Origin: an uncultured Gammaproteobacteria bacterium
GTDB taxonomy: Bacteria > Patescibacteriota > Microgenomatia > UBA8517
DNA length: 64,000 nucleotides
NCBI GenBank assembly: GCA_964599625.1
Contig: CAZRGC010000001.1
Span: 179,388 to 243,387, forward strand
Direction: 5' to 3'
In this document: positions 9,129-19,235 of the stretch, in pieces
How the letters are laid out: each line of letters opens with the position of its first letter
Numbering within the stretch: position 1 is the first letter of the stretch
Made by a program: the position numbers and the translations under genes
Notes under the pieces: generated by a model
The model's database searches: none
Told to the model about the DNA's origin: nothing
Seen by the model: only the letters and a program-made list of their open reading frames with translations

Positions 9129-10475
9129 ATGGCTATTTTAACAATAATTCTTCTGCATATTTTTGGCTTGATTAAACTCAAGTTTACAGCTTGGCCGGAA
9201 ATGCTTCTTTGGCCGTATCTTATGTTAGACGGATGGCTTCCATACAAAGATATAGCCATTGCTCATACACCCAATCTTATTGTGGCACTAAAGGCGTTTT
9301 TCGCTTTGTTTGGGGTGGGGATAATGCAGCTAAAAGTTTTTAGTTGGATTTTGGTTCTGATTTCCGATTTACTATTTCTATTCGTTGTTAGAAGTATGTT
9401 AGTTAAGGAGAACAAAAAACAAAAAAAATTAAAACTTATTTTGGCAGCGCTTTCATTTGTAATTTGGCAGCTTTACTTCGATGGAAACGGCTTGTGGTTT
9501 GAGCTTGCACTCTTGCCTTTGTCGATTATTCTTTTTTTTATGGTTAACAAAAAAGAATACTTTTGGTCGGGCGTAATATTTGCGTTTGCTTTTTTTACCA
9601 AACAGACTGCTGTTTGGTTTTTAATACCGATTTTTTACAGTTTGATACAATCTCAGGGAAAGATAAGACAATCTTTGATAAAGATCGTATCGGGTTCTGC
9701 TGCCGTTTTCGGAATATATATTGTAATTTTTTATATAAACGGATTCGTTTCGGATTTTTATAAATGGGCTTTAGAGTTTGGGATTTTTACCTTGCCAAGA
9801 TCACAAGGTCAAATACAGTTTCCTTCACTCAAGCCGTTGCTTGTTTCACTGTTTCCTTTTACTGTGTTCATTCCACTTCTGCTAAGGAAAGATAAAAAAC
9901 TTTTTAGTCTTTTCCTTTGGGCCTTTGCGGGCGGTTTCGCAGCATATCCCAGGTTCGAATATTTTCATTTTCAGACAGCCGTTCCGTTTTTGGCAATCGC
10001 AACCTCAACTTTTTTTACGCAAAAGTTGCGTGCACTTCACGAAAAGTATTTCTCATTCGTTTATGTCTTGGTCGCTGTTTTCCTGTTTTGCAGTTTTTTC
10101 ATCAGAAACATCTCTGAAGGAGTACGATTTTACGATGCGGATGTGGGTGAACTGCAGAATTATATTCAAAGGAATACTGCAAACGGGGATAGAATATTTG
10201 TGATGAACTACTGGGATATCCTTTATCCTTTAACTGGCACCTATCCAGCCACCAGACCCTGGGTTCCCCAACTGGCTTGGTATCTGAGTCTGCCTGGAGT
10301 TGAGAATCAAATGACAGAAAATTTGGCAGAAACCCACCCCAAACTAATAATACTCAACCGTTATACGGATTCCGGGTTGTCCTCATATGTACCAACAGGT
10401 CTTTATGAACATGTTCTCAAAAATTACAAGTTCAAAGAAAGGGTTGCCGGTATGGATGTGTTTGTACCTCAATGA
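9129..10475 (+). CDS. Integral-membrane GT-C-type glycosyltransferase
   Basis: Multi-TM; G.LPYKD...HTP loop, FTKQT, C-terminal soluble domain; ATG at 9129 preferred. Confidence 0.65.
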   Translation: MAILTIILLHIFGLIKLKFTAWPEMLLWPYLMLDGWLPYKDIAIAHTPNLIVALKAFFALFGVGIMQLKVFSWILVLISDLLFLFVVRSMLVKENKKQKKLKLILAALSFVIWQLYFDGNGLWFELALLPLSIILFFMVNKKEYFWSGVIFAFAFFTKQTAVWFLIPIFYSLIQSQGKIRQSLIKIVSGSAAVFGIYIVIFYINGFVSDFYKWALEFGIFTLPRSQGQIQFPSLKPLLVSLFPFTVFIPLLLRKDKKLFSLFLWAFAGGFAAYPRFEYFHFQTAVPFLAIATSTFFTQKLRALHEKYFSFVYVLVAVFLFCSFFIRNISEGVRFYDADVGELQNYIQRNTANGDRIFVMNYWDILYPLTGTYPATRPWVPQLAWYLSLPGVENQMTENLAETHPKLIILNRYTDSGLSSYVPTGLYEHVLKNYKFKERVAGMDVFVPQ

Positions 10476-11737
10476 AAAATTTTTTGATGGATAAGAAAAC
10501 TCTTATTTGGTTTTTGGTAATTACAATTCTCTCTATTTTTGTTCATTTCCGTAATTACCACGGTTTGCTTAATTTTAGCCTAGATCCGCCTGCTCATATT
10601 ACGGAGGCAAAACAAATTGTCGAGTCCGGGAAACTAAACTTAGTTGGCCCGCCTATAACTAGCAAAGAGGTTTTGGGTAGAGTTATTTTTTTGGGACCAT
10701 TCTATTACTATGTATTAGAGTTTCTGGGTGTTGTTTTAAGTTGGGATATCTACCTTATAAGCATTGTCTTTACGTCAGTTTGGTTTGCCACAGCAATTAT
10801 TATTTTTGCAATTATTTACAAAAACTTTGGCGGATATCTTGGCTTGCTGTTTTATTCCGCAGTCTCATTTGCCCCGATTTTTGTAGTGTTCTCTAGGCAG
10901 ATATGGAACCTGCAGTTTGTGCCATTGTTTGCAGCTTTGTTTTTGTCGTTTTTGTTGGCCAGGTCAAAAAAAATCAACCTTTTTTGGGTAGGGATATCCC
11001 TGGGGCTTGGGTTTAATGTACATTATGCCTCCATATTTTGGATATTAATTGCAATACCTTTTTTGCTGGAAGACGTTAGGTTGAAGAAATTTAACCTTTC
11101 CGGTTGGTTAATGATTCCCTTGGGTGTTTTGGCCGCCGAAATGCCGCTTCTTCTGTTTGAAATCAGGCACAACTTTTACAATTTGCGTACAGTTATGTTT
11201 CACCTCCAATATGCCGAGATTTCTGCAGGCTATAAGTTTGGGCTTTGGTATTACTATGTACTGCCTCTTTTTCCAATTCTTGTTTATTTTTTTTGTAAAT
11301 TTATTCACAAAGTTAAAAATTCAAACTTGTATAAAATTTCTACCACGCTAATTATGATTGCAGTACCTCTTTTATTTTTTGACTCGTTGTTTTTCAAAGG
11401 GCAGGAGACCTTGCATCCTCCGGGATGGTCAATTGTTGCACAAAAAAAAGTTGCCGCGATTATTAAAGAAGAAAACGAAAACGAATTTGAAGTTGCTCAA
11501 ACTATTACTTCCGACACCAGATCGCAAGACCTTAGATGGTGGCTCGGTCAAAAAGGTATAAATGTTTTAGACTTTAAAAGCTATCCAAGTGCAAAAATAT
11601 TATATTTAGTAACAACAAGGTCGCGCCCGCCGGAAAAAGAAGGTGTTTGGGAGGTGTCATCGTTCAGGCCTTTTGAAGTTGTGTATGAAAAAGAGCTCGG
11701 TGAAGGTTTACTATTATATAAGTTGAGTAAAAAATGA
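10472..11737 (+). CDS. Integral-membrane GT-C-type (ArnT/GT39-like) glycosyltransferase
   Basis: NFSLDP, LVGPP, FLGPFYYY, SRQIWN, PLLLFEIRH; multi-TM. Confidence 0.7.
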   Translation: MKNFLMDKKTLIWFLVITILSIFVHFRNYHGLLNFSLDPPAHITEAKQIVESGKLNLVGPPITSKEVLGRVIFLGPFYYYVLEFLGVVLSWDIYLISIVFTSVWFATAIIIFAIIYKNFGGYLGLLFYSAVSFAPIFVVFSRQIWNLQFVPLFAALFLSFLLARSKKINLFWVGISLGLGFNVHYASIFWILIAIPFLLEDVRLKKFNLSGWLMIPLGVLAAEMPLLLFEIRHNFYNLRTVMFHLQYAEISAGYKFGLWYYYVLPLFPILVYFFCKFIHKVKNSNLYKISTTLIMIAVPLLFFDSLFFKGQETLHPPGWSIVAQKKVAAIIKEENENEFEVAQTITSDTRSQDLRWWLGQKGINVLDFKSYPSAKILYLVTTRSRPPEKEGVWEVSSFRPFEVVYEKELGEGLLLYKLSKK

Positions 11738-12744
11738 AAATACTATTCATCAACATATATCAGAATAGTGTAAATAGGGGAGCAGAAACTTTTGTTAAAG
11801 AAATTTCCAAACGAATTACTGGAGATGTTGACATTATTTCTGGAAATGCAAAAGTGTCAAAAAGGTGGCCGCTTTTGTGGCGATTCTTTATCGATCTTAA
11901 TGGGGTTCAGATTGCCTTGTTTACCTTAAGGAATTTACTCAAAATTGCAAAATCCAGATATGATGTGATAATTCCCCTGAATGGTGGTTGGCAGGTAAGG
12001 ATGCTTCGCCTGCTTACATGGATAATAGGCGGCAAGCTTGTGGTTTCGGGGCAGTCGGGTGACGGGTGGGACGATAGGAACAATCTCTGGGCCTTTCCAG
12101 ATGTGTTTGTTGCACTCACGAAAAAATCCGAAAAATGGGCAAAAAAAGTTAATCCTTATATAAATGTAATCTCCATTGGTAACGGTGTTGATATAGAGAT
12201 GTTCAAGCCAAAAGGGGATGTGTATGCTTCCGGTTTGGAGCGACCGGTAATTTTGGCCTCCGGAGCATTTACAAAACAAAAAAGATTGGATTTGACAATA
12301 GAGGCAGTTGCAATGCTTCGAGACGCCAGTCTTCTTATCGCAGGGGCCGACGGCCCCAATAGTAAATTTTTAAGAGAGTTGGGAACAAGTAAGTTAGGCG
12401 ATAGGTTTAAAATGATTTCTGTTTCTTATACTACAATGCCGTCTGTATATAGAAGTGCTGACCTATTCACTTTGGTTTCTGGGTCATCAGAATCTTTCGG
12501 CAATGTTTATGTCGAAGCGATGGCCTCAAACCTACCGATTGTTGCGACAGATGATCCACAAAGGCATGAGGTGGTTGGAGAGGCGGGTTTGTTTGTGAAT
12601 CCTGAAGATGTTGACGCATATAGCAATATGTTGAGAACCGCTCTAAAGCGAAAGTGGGCCAACATACCTATTAATGCTTCCAAAAAATATTCATGGGATG
12701 AGGTTGCAAAAAAGTACGAAGGGCTTTTTAGTGATTTAATATGA
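11734..12744 (+). CDS. GT4 glycosyltransferase
   Basis: GAE, NGVD, ESFGNVYVEAMASNLPIV, YSW. Confidence 0.9.
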   Translation: MKILFINIYQNSVNRGAETFVKEISKRITGDVDIISGNAKVSKRWPLLWRFFIDLNGVQIALFTLRNLLKIAKSRYDVIIPLNGGWQVRMLRLLTWIIGGKLVVSGQSGDGWDDRNNLWAFPDVFVALTKKSEKWAKKVNPYINVISIGNGVDIEMFKPKGDVYASGLERPVILASGAFTKQKRLDLTIEAVAMLRDASLLIAGADGPNSKFLRELGTSKLGDRFKMISVSYTTMPSVYRSADLFTLVSGSSESFGNVYVEAMASNLPIVATDDPQRHEVVGEAGLFVNPEDVDAYSNMLRTALKRKWANIPINASKKYSWDEVAKKYEGLFSDLI

Positions 12745-13577
12745 AATTATCTGTTGTTATTCCGTCATTTAATGACAAAGCTGATTTGGAAAAATGCCTT
12801 GAGTCTTTGGGCTCTCAGACTATACGCGATTTCGAGATCATTGTTGTTGACGACGGCTCAACTGATGGCACGAGCAATATGCTATCCGGTCTTACTAAAG
12901 TAATATCCAACTTCCAATTTATTCAGGCATCACATGTTGGGGCGGGTGGTGCACGAAATCTGGGTGCCCAAAAAGCAAAGGGGGACATTTTGGTTTTTGT
13001 AGACTCAGACATGACCTTTGACCGGTTTTTTTTGGAAAAACTTGTTCGCCCTATTACAGCAGGTGAAAAAGGAACCTTTAGTAAAGAAGAGTTTGTGTCA
13101 AACTGGGAAAATGTTTGGTCCAGGTGTTGGAATATTAACGAGGGTTGGGAAGAAAAAAGACGCCACCCCAAACATTATCCCGATTCACAGCCTGTGTTTC
13201 GGGCTATCCTCAAAAGTGAATTTGACAGAGTTGGCGGTTTTACTCCCGGGGGGTACGATGACGATTGGAGTTTGAGCAAAAAGTTGGGCTATCTTGCCAA
13301 ATCTGCCCCTGGAGCAATTTTTTATCACAAAAACCCATCCAGACTTTCGGAGATTTTTAAACATGCAAAATGGGTAGCAAAAAGAAAATATAAGTTTGGG
13401 GGATTTGGTTTGTTTATCTCACTTTTCAGGTCCTCTTTCCCTGTATCGCTGCTTGTGGGTGTCTATAAATCAGTTCTGTCCGGAGTTTTTGAATATATTG
13501 TGTTCAAGATAGTTTACGACGCCGGTATATTTTTCGGCATACTGGAATTTATAGTTACGAAAAAAGGTTATAAATAA
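12741..13577 (+). CDS. GT2 glycosyltransferase
   Basis: SVVIPSFN, EIIVVDDGSTDGT, GARNLG, VFVDSD, VGGF. Confidence 0.92.
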   Translation: MKLSVVIPSFNDKADLEKCLESLGSQTIRDFEIIVVDDGSTDGTSNMLSGLTKVISNFQFIQASHVGAGGARNLGAQKAKGDILVFVDSDMTFDRFFLEKLVRPITAGEKGTFSKEEFVSNWENVWSRCWNINEGWEEKRRHPKHYPDSQPVFRAILKSEFDRVGGFTPGGYDDDWSLSKKLGYLAKSAPGAIFYHKNPSRLSEIFKHAKWVAKRKYKFGGFGLFISLFRSSFPVSLLVGVYKSVLSGVFEYIVFKIVYDAGIFFGILEFIVTKKGYK

Positions 13578-13579
13578 AT

Positions 13580-14929
13580 ATGAAAGCAACAATTAATAAA
13601 ATTAACTTAAACAACTATTATTTTTTCGGGATTTTGATTATTGCTGTTATTTTTAGATTGATTTCACTTAATCAGTCGTTGTGGTTAGATGAAGCAACAA
13701 CCGCAAGTGTTTCGGTCATGAGTTTTGGGCAGATATTCCGCAACTTTCTACCCGGTGATTTTCACCCTCCGTTTTATTACGTTTTAATGAAATTTTGGGT
13801 TGACGTATTTGGAAACTCTGAAACTTCTTTGAGAGTGCCATCAATTATCTTTGGTTTGGGCACAGTTGTTATGATTTACAAAATCGGGCGGTTAAAATTC
13901 ACAAACAGGGAATCACTAACAGCATCTTTTCTCGCTGCAACTTCAGGGCTTCTTGTTTACTATTCGCAGGAAGCCAGAATGTACTCGCTAGTGGTTTTTC
14001 TTGTTTGCTGTGCATTTTATTTTTTCCTAAAAAGCCGTTGGTTTTTTTTATCGGTTACATTGGCTCTTTTGGCAGCAACTGACTACGTAGCGCTTTCAAT
14101 TATTCCCGTTCTTTTTATAATTTCGAAAAACAGACGCCAATTTGTGATGGCTCTGATACCACTTTTTGTGTTTTTCTTGTTTTGGGCTCAAACTTTTTTA
14201 ACTCAATTAGGTTTTGGATTCAAAGTTTCCGGTACACCATGGGGCAACCTTTTGGGGCCTGCAACTGTCAAAAATGTATTACTTATTCCGGTTAAATTTA
14301 TCATCGGCAGAGTGTCGATAGACAATATTTGGTCGTATACACTCACAATGTCCGTTGTCGTATTGGTATTTGCATATTTAACTTACAAAGTTCGTAGAAG
14401 CTATAAAGAGATTTGGCTTTGGGCAGTGTTGCCTCTTACGATCGGGATTCTCGTAAGTCTGAAAATACCAACACTTACTTATTTCAGGTTTATTTTTGTT
14501 CTGCCAGCTTTTTATCTTCTTTTGTCCGCAGGGATTTGGAGCAGTAAAAAGTTTAGTTTTGTATTTATGGCTATAGTGGCAACTGTGAATTTGGTCTCAA
14601 CGATAACGTATCTTTATAACCCCAAATTCCAAAGAGAAGATTGGAGGGGGGCAGTCACTCTTATTGAATCCCAAAGGCCCAGAAACTCACTGGTTGTATT
14701 TGTAACCCGTTCCAACTGGGAAGCTTACAAATATTATGCCCCGGATGCTAAAATTGTCGATCCATCTATGGTCACACCAGGTCATGAAAATATATATTTA
14801 ATGAGATATGTTTACGAAATTTTTGATCCAAAGGACACTGCAAGATTGAAAATACTTTCGGAAGGGTATGTTTTTGACGGTACGATTTCTCAGGGGGGCA
14901 TTGAGGCATATCGATTTAAACAAAGATGA
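13580..14929 (+). CDS. GT39/PMT_2-like membrane glycosyltransferase
   Basis: QSLWLDEA (DE motif), DFHPPFYY, SLRVPS, YYSQEARMYSL. Confidence 0.85.
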   Translation: MKATINKINLNNYYFFGILIIAVIFRLISLNQSLWLDEATTASVSVMSFGQIFRNFLPGDFHPPFYYVLMKFWVDVFGNSETSLRVPSIIFGLGTVVMIYKIGRLKFTNRESLTASFLAATSGLLVYYSQEARMYSLVVFLVCCAFYFFLKSRWFFLSVTLALLAATDYVALSIIPVLFIISKNRRQFVMALIPLFVFFLFWAQTFLTQLGFGFKVSGTPWGNLLGPATVKNVLLIPVKFIIGRVSIDNIWSYTLTMSVVVLVFAYLTYKVRRSYKEIWLWAVLPLTIGILVSLKIPTLTYFRFIFVLPAFYLLLSAGIWSSKKFSFVFMAIVATVNLVSTITYLYNPKFQREDWRGAVTLIESQRPRNSLVVFVTRSNWEAYKYYAPDAKIVDPSMVTPGHENIYLMRYVYEIFDPKDTARLKILSEGYVFDGTISQGGIEAYRFKQR

Positions 14930-16029
14930 AAATAGCTATAGATATTTCACAGACGGTTTACGATACAGGCGTCTCCCACTATGTCAAAAATCTAGTCACA
15001 AATTTATTGAAGGTTGATAAAGATAACACATATTTACTCTTTGCAGGGACACTTAGGCAGAAACCTAAAATTTACGAATTTACAGATAGTCTAAGCGGCA
15101 ACTTCACAGTTAAAACTTTCCCCATACCTCCGGTTGCAACTGATTTTTTTTGGAATGGTCTGCATATAGGTTATATAGAAAAGTTAATCGGAGGCTGTGA
15201 CATTGTTCATACATCAGACTGGGCCGAGCCTCCCAGTAGGGTGCCAAAAGTAACCACCGTGCATGATTTGGCACCCATACTTCACCCTGGACTTTTTCCA
15301 AGGGACAAGGTGAGAGACATTGTAAGAGTGCATGCAAAAAGACTTTCTTGGGTGAGGAAGGAATCTTCTTTTATCATAACTCCATCAGAGGCTACCAAAG
15401 TTGATATGGAGAAACTGGATTTTGACAGTTCCAAGATACGTGTTGTGCACGAAGCTGTAAATGTAAATTTTGCAAAATCAAAAATTGAAGAAATTGACGA
15501 GATCAAAAAGAAATACAAAATTTCCGGGGATTACCTTTTAGCAGTTGGAACCGACCCCCGTAAAAACGCAAAGAATATAATTGAAGCCTTCAAAAGGGTT
15601 ATGCCGGGAAGAGACTTGAAACTTGTGTTTATTGGCTCGGACAAATATTCGCAAATTGTTGATGAAAGAAATATCAGATTCGCAGGTCACGTGCCCACAG
15701 ATGATCTGCCAAAATTTTATTCAGCAGCATCAGCTTTGGTTTACCCATCGTTTTACGAGGGTTTTGGACTGCCCATACTGGAAGCTTTTGCTTGTGGATG
15801 TCCTGTTGTTACCTCCAATATTTCGTCAATGGCCGAGGTTGCGGGGGACGCTGCGGCACTTGTTGACCCTTACAGTATTGACTCTATCGTCTCGGGAGTC
15901 GAAAGTGTTCTTCGTGCACCCAAATCATTTATCGAAAAAGGACACAAGCGTGCCAAAGATTTTTCTTGGGAAGATACTGCCAAAAAAACGTTGGAAGTCT
16001 ACAGTTTGGCTTTACAAAAACACAAATGA
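14926..16029 (+). CDS. GT4 glycosyltransferase (mannosyltransferase-like)
   Basis: TGVSHY, TTVHDL, PRKN, YPSFYEGFGLPILEAFACGCPV, FSWE. Confidence 0.92.
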   Translation: MKIAIDISQTVYDTGVSHYVKNLVTNLLKVDKDNTYLLFAGTLRQKPKIYEFTDSLSGNFTVKTFPIPPVATDFFWNGLHIGYIEKLIGGCDIVHTSDWAEPPSRVPKVTTVHDLAPILHPGLFPRDKVRDIVRVHAKRLSWVRKESSFIITPSEATKVDMEKLDFDSSKIRVVHEAVNVNFAKSKIEEIDEIKKKYKISGDYLLAVGTDPRKNAKNIIEAFKRVMPGRDLKLVFIGSDKYSQIVDERNIRFAGHVPTDDLPKFYSAASALVYPSFYEGFGLPILEAFACGCPVVTSNISSMAEVAGDAAALVDPYSIDSIVSGVESVLRAPKSFIEKGHKRAKDFSWEDTAKKTLEVYSLALQKHK

Positions 16030-17147
16030 TTATTGGAATTGATGGGAACGAGGCAAATGTGGCGAATAGAGTAGGTATCAATGTTTACGGCTTCGAGCTC
16101 CTGCGGTCCATGCACCGACTACAGGAGGAATGGGAAAATGATGTTGAGCTCATAGTTTATCTTAAGAATACCCCCGTTTTTGACATGCCGAAAGAAACGC
16201 AAAAATTCAAATATAAAGTTATCCGGGGTGGTGGGAACTGGATTATGCAAAAACTCATACCTGATTTGTTTCTGTCATCACCAAGGCCTGATATTTTTTT
16301 CTCACCCAGCCACTATGTGCCACTCTTGTCACCGATACCCGTTGTTTGTTCTATTATGGACCTTGGTTATCTCGAATTTTCGGGGCAATTCAGAAAAAAA
16401 GACTTTTGGCAGTTAAGGTTGTGGAGTGCTAGCAGCATATATATATCAAAAGCAATCATTGCTATATCAAACAGTACAAAGTCAGACATTGTACGACACT
16501 ATCCCAGTTCAAAAAACAAAATATATACTACCCCGCTGGGCTACGACAAAAGTAGATTTAATAAACAAATTTCATCAAATGATGTGCGACGTGTAAAGAA
16601 AAAATACTCCATAGTTGATGACTATGTGTTATACATTGGCACCCTCAAGCCAAGTAAAAATATTAAGACTGTTGTGGAAGCCATTGGTCAAATCAAAGAT
16701 GTAAAACTTGTAGTTGCTGGCAAGAAGGGATGGTTGTTCCAAGATATATACGACAAGGTAAAAGAACTTAGTTTGGAGAAAAGAGTGATTTTCACAGATT
16801 TTGTCACAGAAGAGGACAAGCCGGCACTAATTAAGGGGGCAAAATTATTGGTGCTGGCTTCTTTCTGGGAGGGTTTCGGCTTGGATGTGCTAAACGCAAT
16901 GGCCTGCGGTGTCCCTGTGGTTGTTTCGGATCGCGGTTCTCTTCCTGAAGTGGTTGGTGGTGCTGGCATATTGGTTGATCCAACCGACACAAACAGCATC
17001 CGGGAGGGAATAGAAAAAGTACTTTTTATGTCTAGTGAGAGTTATAATGATTTATCAGAAAGAGTAGTTTCGCGCGCTAACACTTTTTCCTGGGACGATA
17101 CCGCAAAGAAAACACTTGAAGTACTAAAAAAATATGCTAAAAGATAA
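16026..17147 (+). CDS. GT4 glycosyltransferase (mannosyltransferase-like)
   Basis: IGIDG, GTLKPSKN, SFWEGFGLDVLNAMACGVPV; ATG 16026 overlaps the upstream TGA (ATGA). Confidence 0.9.
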   Translation: MIIGIDGNEANVANRVGINVYGFELLRSMHRLQEEWENDVELIVYLKNTPVFDMPKETQKFKYKVIRGGGNWIMQKLIPDLFLSSPRPDIFFSPSHYVPLLSPIPVVCSIMDLGYLEFSGQFRKKDFWQLRLWSASSIYISKAIIAISNSTKSDIVRHYPSSKNKIYTTPLGYDKSRFNKQISSNDVRRVKKKYSIVDDYVLYIGTLKPSKNIKTVVEAIGQIKDVKLVVAGKKGWLFQDIYDKVKELSLEKRVIFTDFVTEEDKPALIKGAKLLVLASFWEGFGLDVLNAMACGVPVVVSDRGSLPEVVGGAGILVDPTDTNSIREGIEKVLFMSSESYNDLSERVVSRANTFSWDDTAKKTLEVLKKYAKR

Positions 17148-17730
17148 AACAGGAAAAATTCTCACTCCGAGGGAGATCTTGTCAAAGGTAATTGTAAGGT
17201 TTTACAACTATATTTTGGATTTGGAGCTAATGGTTCTGAGAACTGTTGGCAGTATTCCCTCACACTCGTTAAGAAAGATGTTTTACAGGCTGGCGGGTGT
17301 AAAAATAGGTAAAGGATCATCTTTACATATGTGGGCAAATTTTTTTGAGCCCTCAAACATATCAATCGGCGAAGATTCAATCATTGGTGACCATGTTTTT
17401 CTTGACGGGCGAGACACTTTATCAATAGGAAGTCATGTGGATATTGCTTCTTATGTAATGATTTATAATTCCGAGCATGATGTTGAAAGCCCCGGATTTT
17501 CGGCAGTTTTGGGAAAGGTAGAGATAAAAGACTATGTTTTTGTCGGCCCAAGGGCCATTATTTTACCGGGTGTGGTTGTGGGCAAGGGTGCCGTTGTGGC
17601 TGCCGGTGCCGTTGTAACAAAAGATGTGCCTGATTTTGCTATTGTCGGCGGTGTTCCTGCTAAAGTAATTTCGGAAAGGAAAAATAAAAATCTCCGTTAC
17701 AAGTTGGGCCGGGCTCGTCTTTTTCAGTAA
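17134..17730 (+). CDS. Hexapeptide-repeat (LbH) acyltransferase, probable sugar O-acetyltransferase
   Basis: Hexapeptide repeats, ILPGVVVGKGAVVAAGAVVTKDVP..IVGGVPAK. Confidence 0.88.
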   Translation: MLKDKTGKILTPREILSKVIVRFYNYILDLELMVLRTVGSIPSHSLRKMFYRLAGVKIGKGSSLHMWANFFEPSNISIGEDSIIGDHVFLDGRDTLSIGSHVDIASYVMIYNSEHDVESPGFSAVLGKVEIKDYVFVGPRAIILPGVVVGKGAVVAAGAVVTKDVPDFAIVGGVPAKVISERKNKNLRYKLGRARLFQ

Positions 17731-18266
17731 TGAAGCAATTTTTGAAATTCATAGTTTGTATCTTTTTTGTTTTGTTTGTTTTATATCAGCTGATTCCAGG
17801 GCCGCAGTTTCCGCCTCCGCCACCCGATTCAATTCAATCATTCGAACCCGCAGATAGCGAATCTCCGCTTAGACGGGCCTATTTTACTAATTACACAAGA
17901 TCGGAGGTAATGTCCTGGTACAAAAGTAATTTTGACAAAACAGGGGTCGAATGGCTTAAATTTTATTCGATAAATTTGAACTATGGACCCGAAGAAGCCC
18001 CTGGAATTATACGTGATCAAACCAGAAGCACATTTTTGGAAGAACTGGCACACCCCTTTAGGGAGAGTGTATATATCAACGGATTTGAACCAAAGGACCC
18101 AAAAGATGATATTTTTATTGAAGGTAAGCACTGGAGGCAGAAAATCATAGTCAGATACATTCCATCAAATGTGTATGTCAGGTTAGTTTTTGTTGCATCT
18201 GTGGCCACCGCGCTTTGGATTACAGTTAAAAAGGGTAAGAACATCCTAAGTAATAAAAGCAATTAA
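17730..18266 (+). CDS. Hypothetical protein with N- and C-terminal hydrophobic anchors
   Basis: TAATG coupling to the upstream gene; TM - PPPPP - soluble domain - TM. Confidence 0.7.
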   Translation: MKQFLKFIVCIFFVLFVLYQLIPGPQFPPPPPDSIQSFEPADSESPLRRAYFTNYTRSEVMSWYKSNFDKTGVEWLKFYSINLNYGPEEAPGIIRDQTRSTFLEELAHPFRESVYINGFEPKDPKDDIFIEGKHWRQKIIVRYIPSNVYVRLVFVASVATALWITVKKGKNILSNKSN

Positions 18267-18311
18267 CAAGTTGGGTTTCACTTTGTCTGGTTATGGCTAT
18301 ATAATTTCAGT

Positions 18312-19235
18312 ATGAACCCGGACTTATCTATAGTAATAGTGTCCACAAACATCGAAGATCTGCTGAGGAAGTGCCTTAAATCTATTTCCCCTGCCATAAA
18401 AAATCTTTCAGCCGAAGTGATTGTTGTAGACAATGCCTCCAGCGACAACACTCCAAATATGGTGGCCAAGGAATTTCCGTGGGTGAAGCTTATAAGAAAA
18501 AGTGAGAATAGAGGTTTTGGAGCAAATAACAACTTTGGAATGAAGGTTGCCAAAGGCCGTTACATTTTGCTTTTGAATTCTGACACAGAGATTATAGACA
18601 AGGATATTTTTAACGGAATGGTTGAATGGATGGATTCTCATCCCGAAGTAGGGGTTTCAAGCTGCGCACTTGTAAATCCTGATAAAAAGACATTTCAAGG
18701 TTCAGGTGGTTCGTTCCCGGATCTTTTCAGAGTGTTCGCATGGATGTTTTTTATAGATGATATTCCGGGGCTTGATAACTTAATAAAACCATATCATCCA
18801 ATGCACAGCTTCTCGCCGTTAAACAAAAACGAAAGCTATTTCAAAAAAGAACACGAGCAGGATTGGCTGACCGGAGCGTTTTATTTAATGAGAAAAAAAG
18901 CCATGGACCAGGCAGGGCTTTTTGATGAAGACTTCTTTTTGTATGTGGAAGAGGTGGAGCTGTCATACAGATTTAAAAAGTATGGATGGAAGGTATGGTA
19001 TTTGCCGAGATGGAAGACGTTGCATTATGGCATGGTCACCAATGGAAGCGAAAAAGCTATGGTTTTTGAGATGCAGAATATTAAACTTTTTTACAAAAAA
19101 CATATGCCTTTCTGGCAGCTTCCGCTTTTGACACTTATACTTAAACTTGGGGCACTTATTAGAATTATTATTTTTGGCCTTTTAAGCGGTCCAAAAGTTG
19201 CAAAAATTTATGCAAAAGCGTTCATGGCTACTTGA
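18312..19235 (+). CDS. GT2 glycosyltransferase (WbbL/rhamnosyltransferase-like)
   Basis: VVDNASSD, NRGFGANNN, LLLNSDT, WLTGAF, FDEDFFLYVEEVEL. Confidence 0.9.
   Translation: MNPDLSIVIVSTNIEDLLRKCLKSISPAIKNLSAEVIVVDNASSDNTPNMVAKEFPWVKLIRKSENRGFGANNNFGMKVAKGRYILLLNSDTEIIDKDIFNGMVEWMDSHPEVGVSSCALVNPDKKTFQGSGGSFPDLFRVFAWMFFIDDIPGLDNLIKPYHPMHSFSPLNKNESYFKKEHEQDWLTGAFYLMRKKAMDQAGLFDEDFFLYVEEVELSYRFKKYGWKVWYLPRWKTLHYGMVTNGSEKAMVFEMQNIKLFYKKHMPFWQLPLLTLILKLGALIRIIIFGLLSGPKVAKIYAKAFMAT

Noticed and set aside
17134-17730. LbH acetyltransferase as the missing GlmU C-terminal half
   Set aside because: Short maltose/galactoside O-acetyltransferase-like architecture, translationally coupled inside the glycan operon 28 kb away; not excluded but less likely
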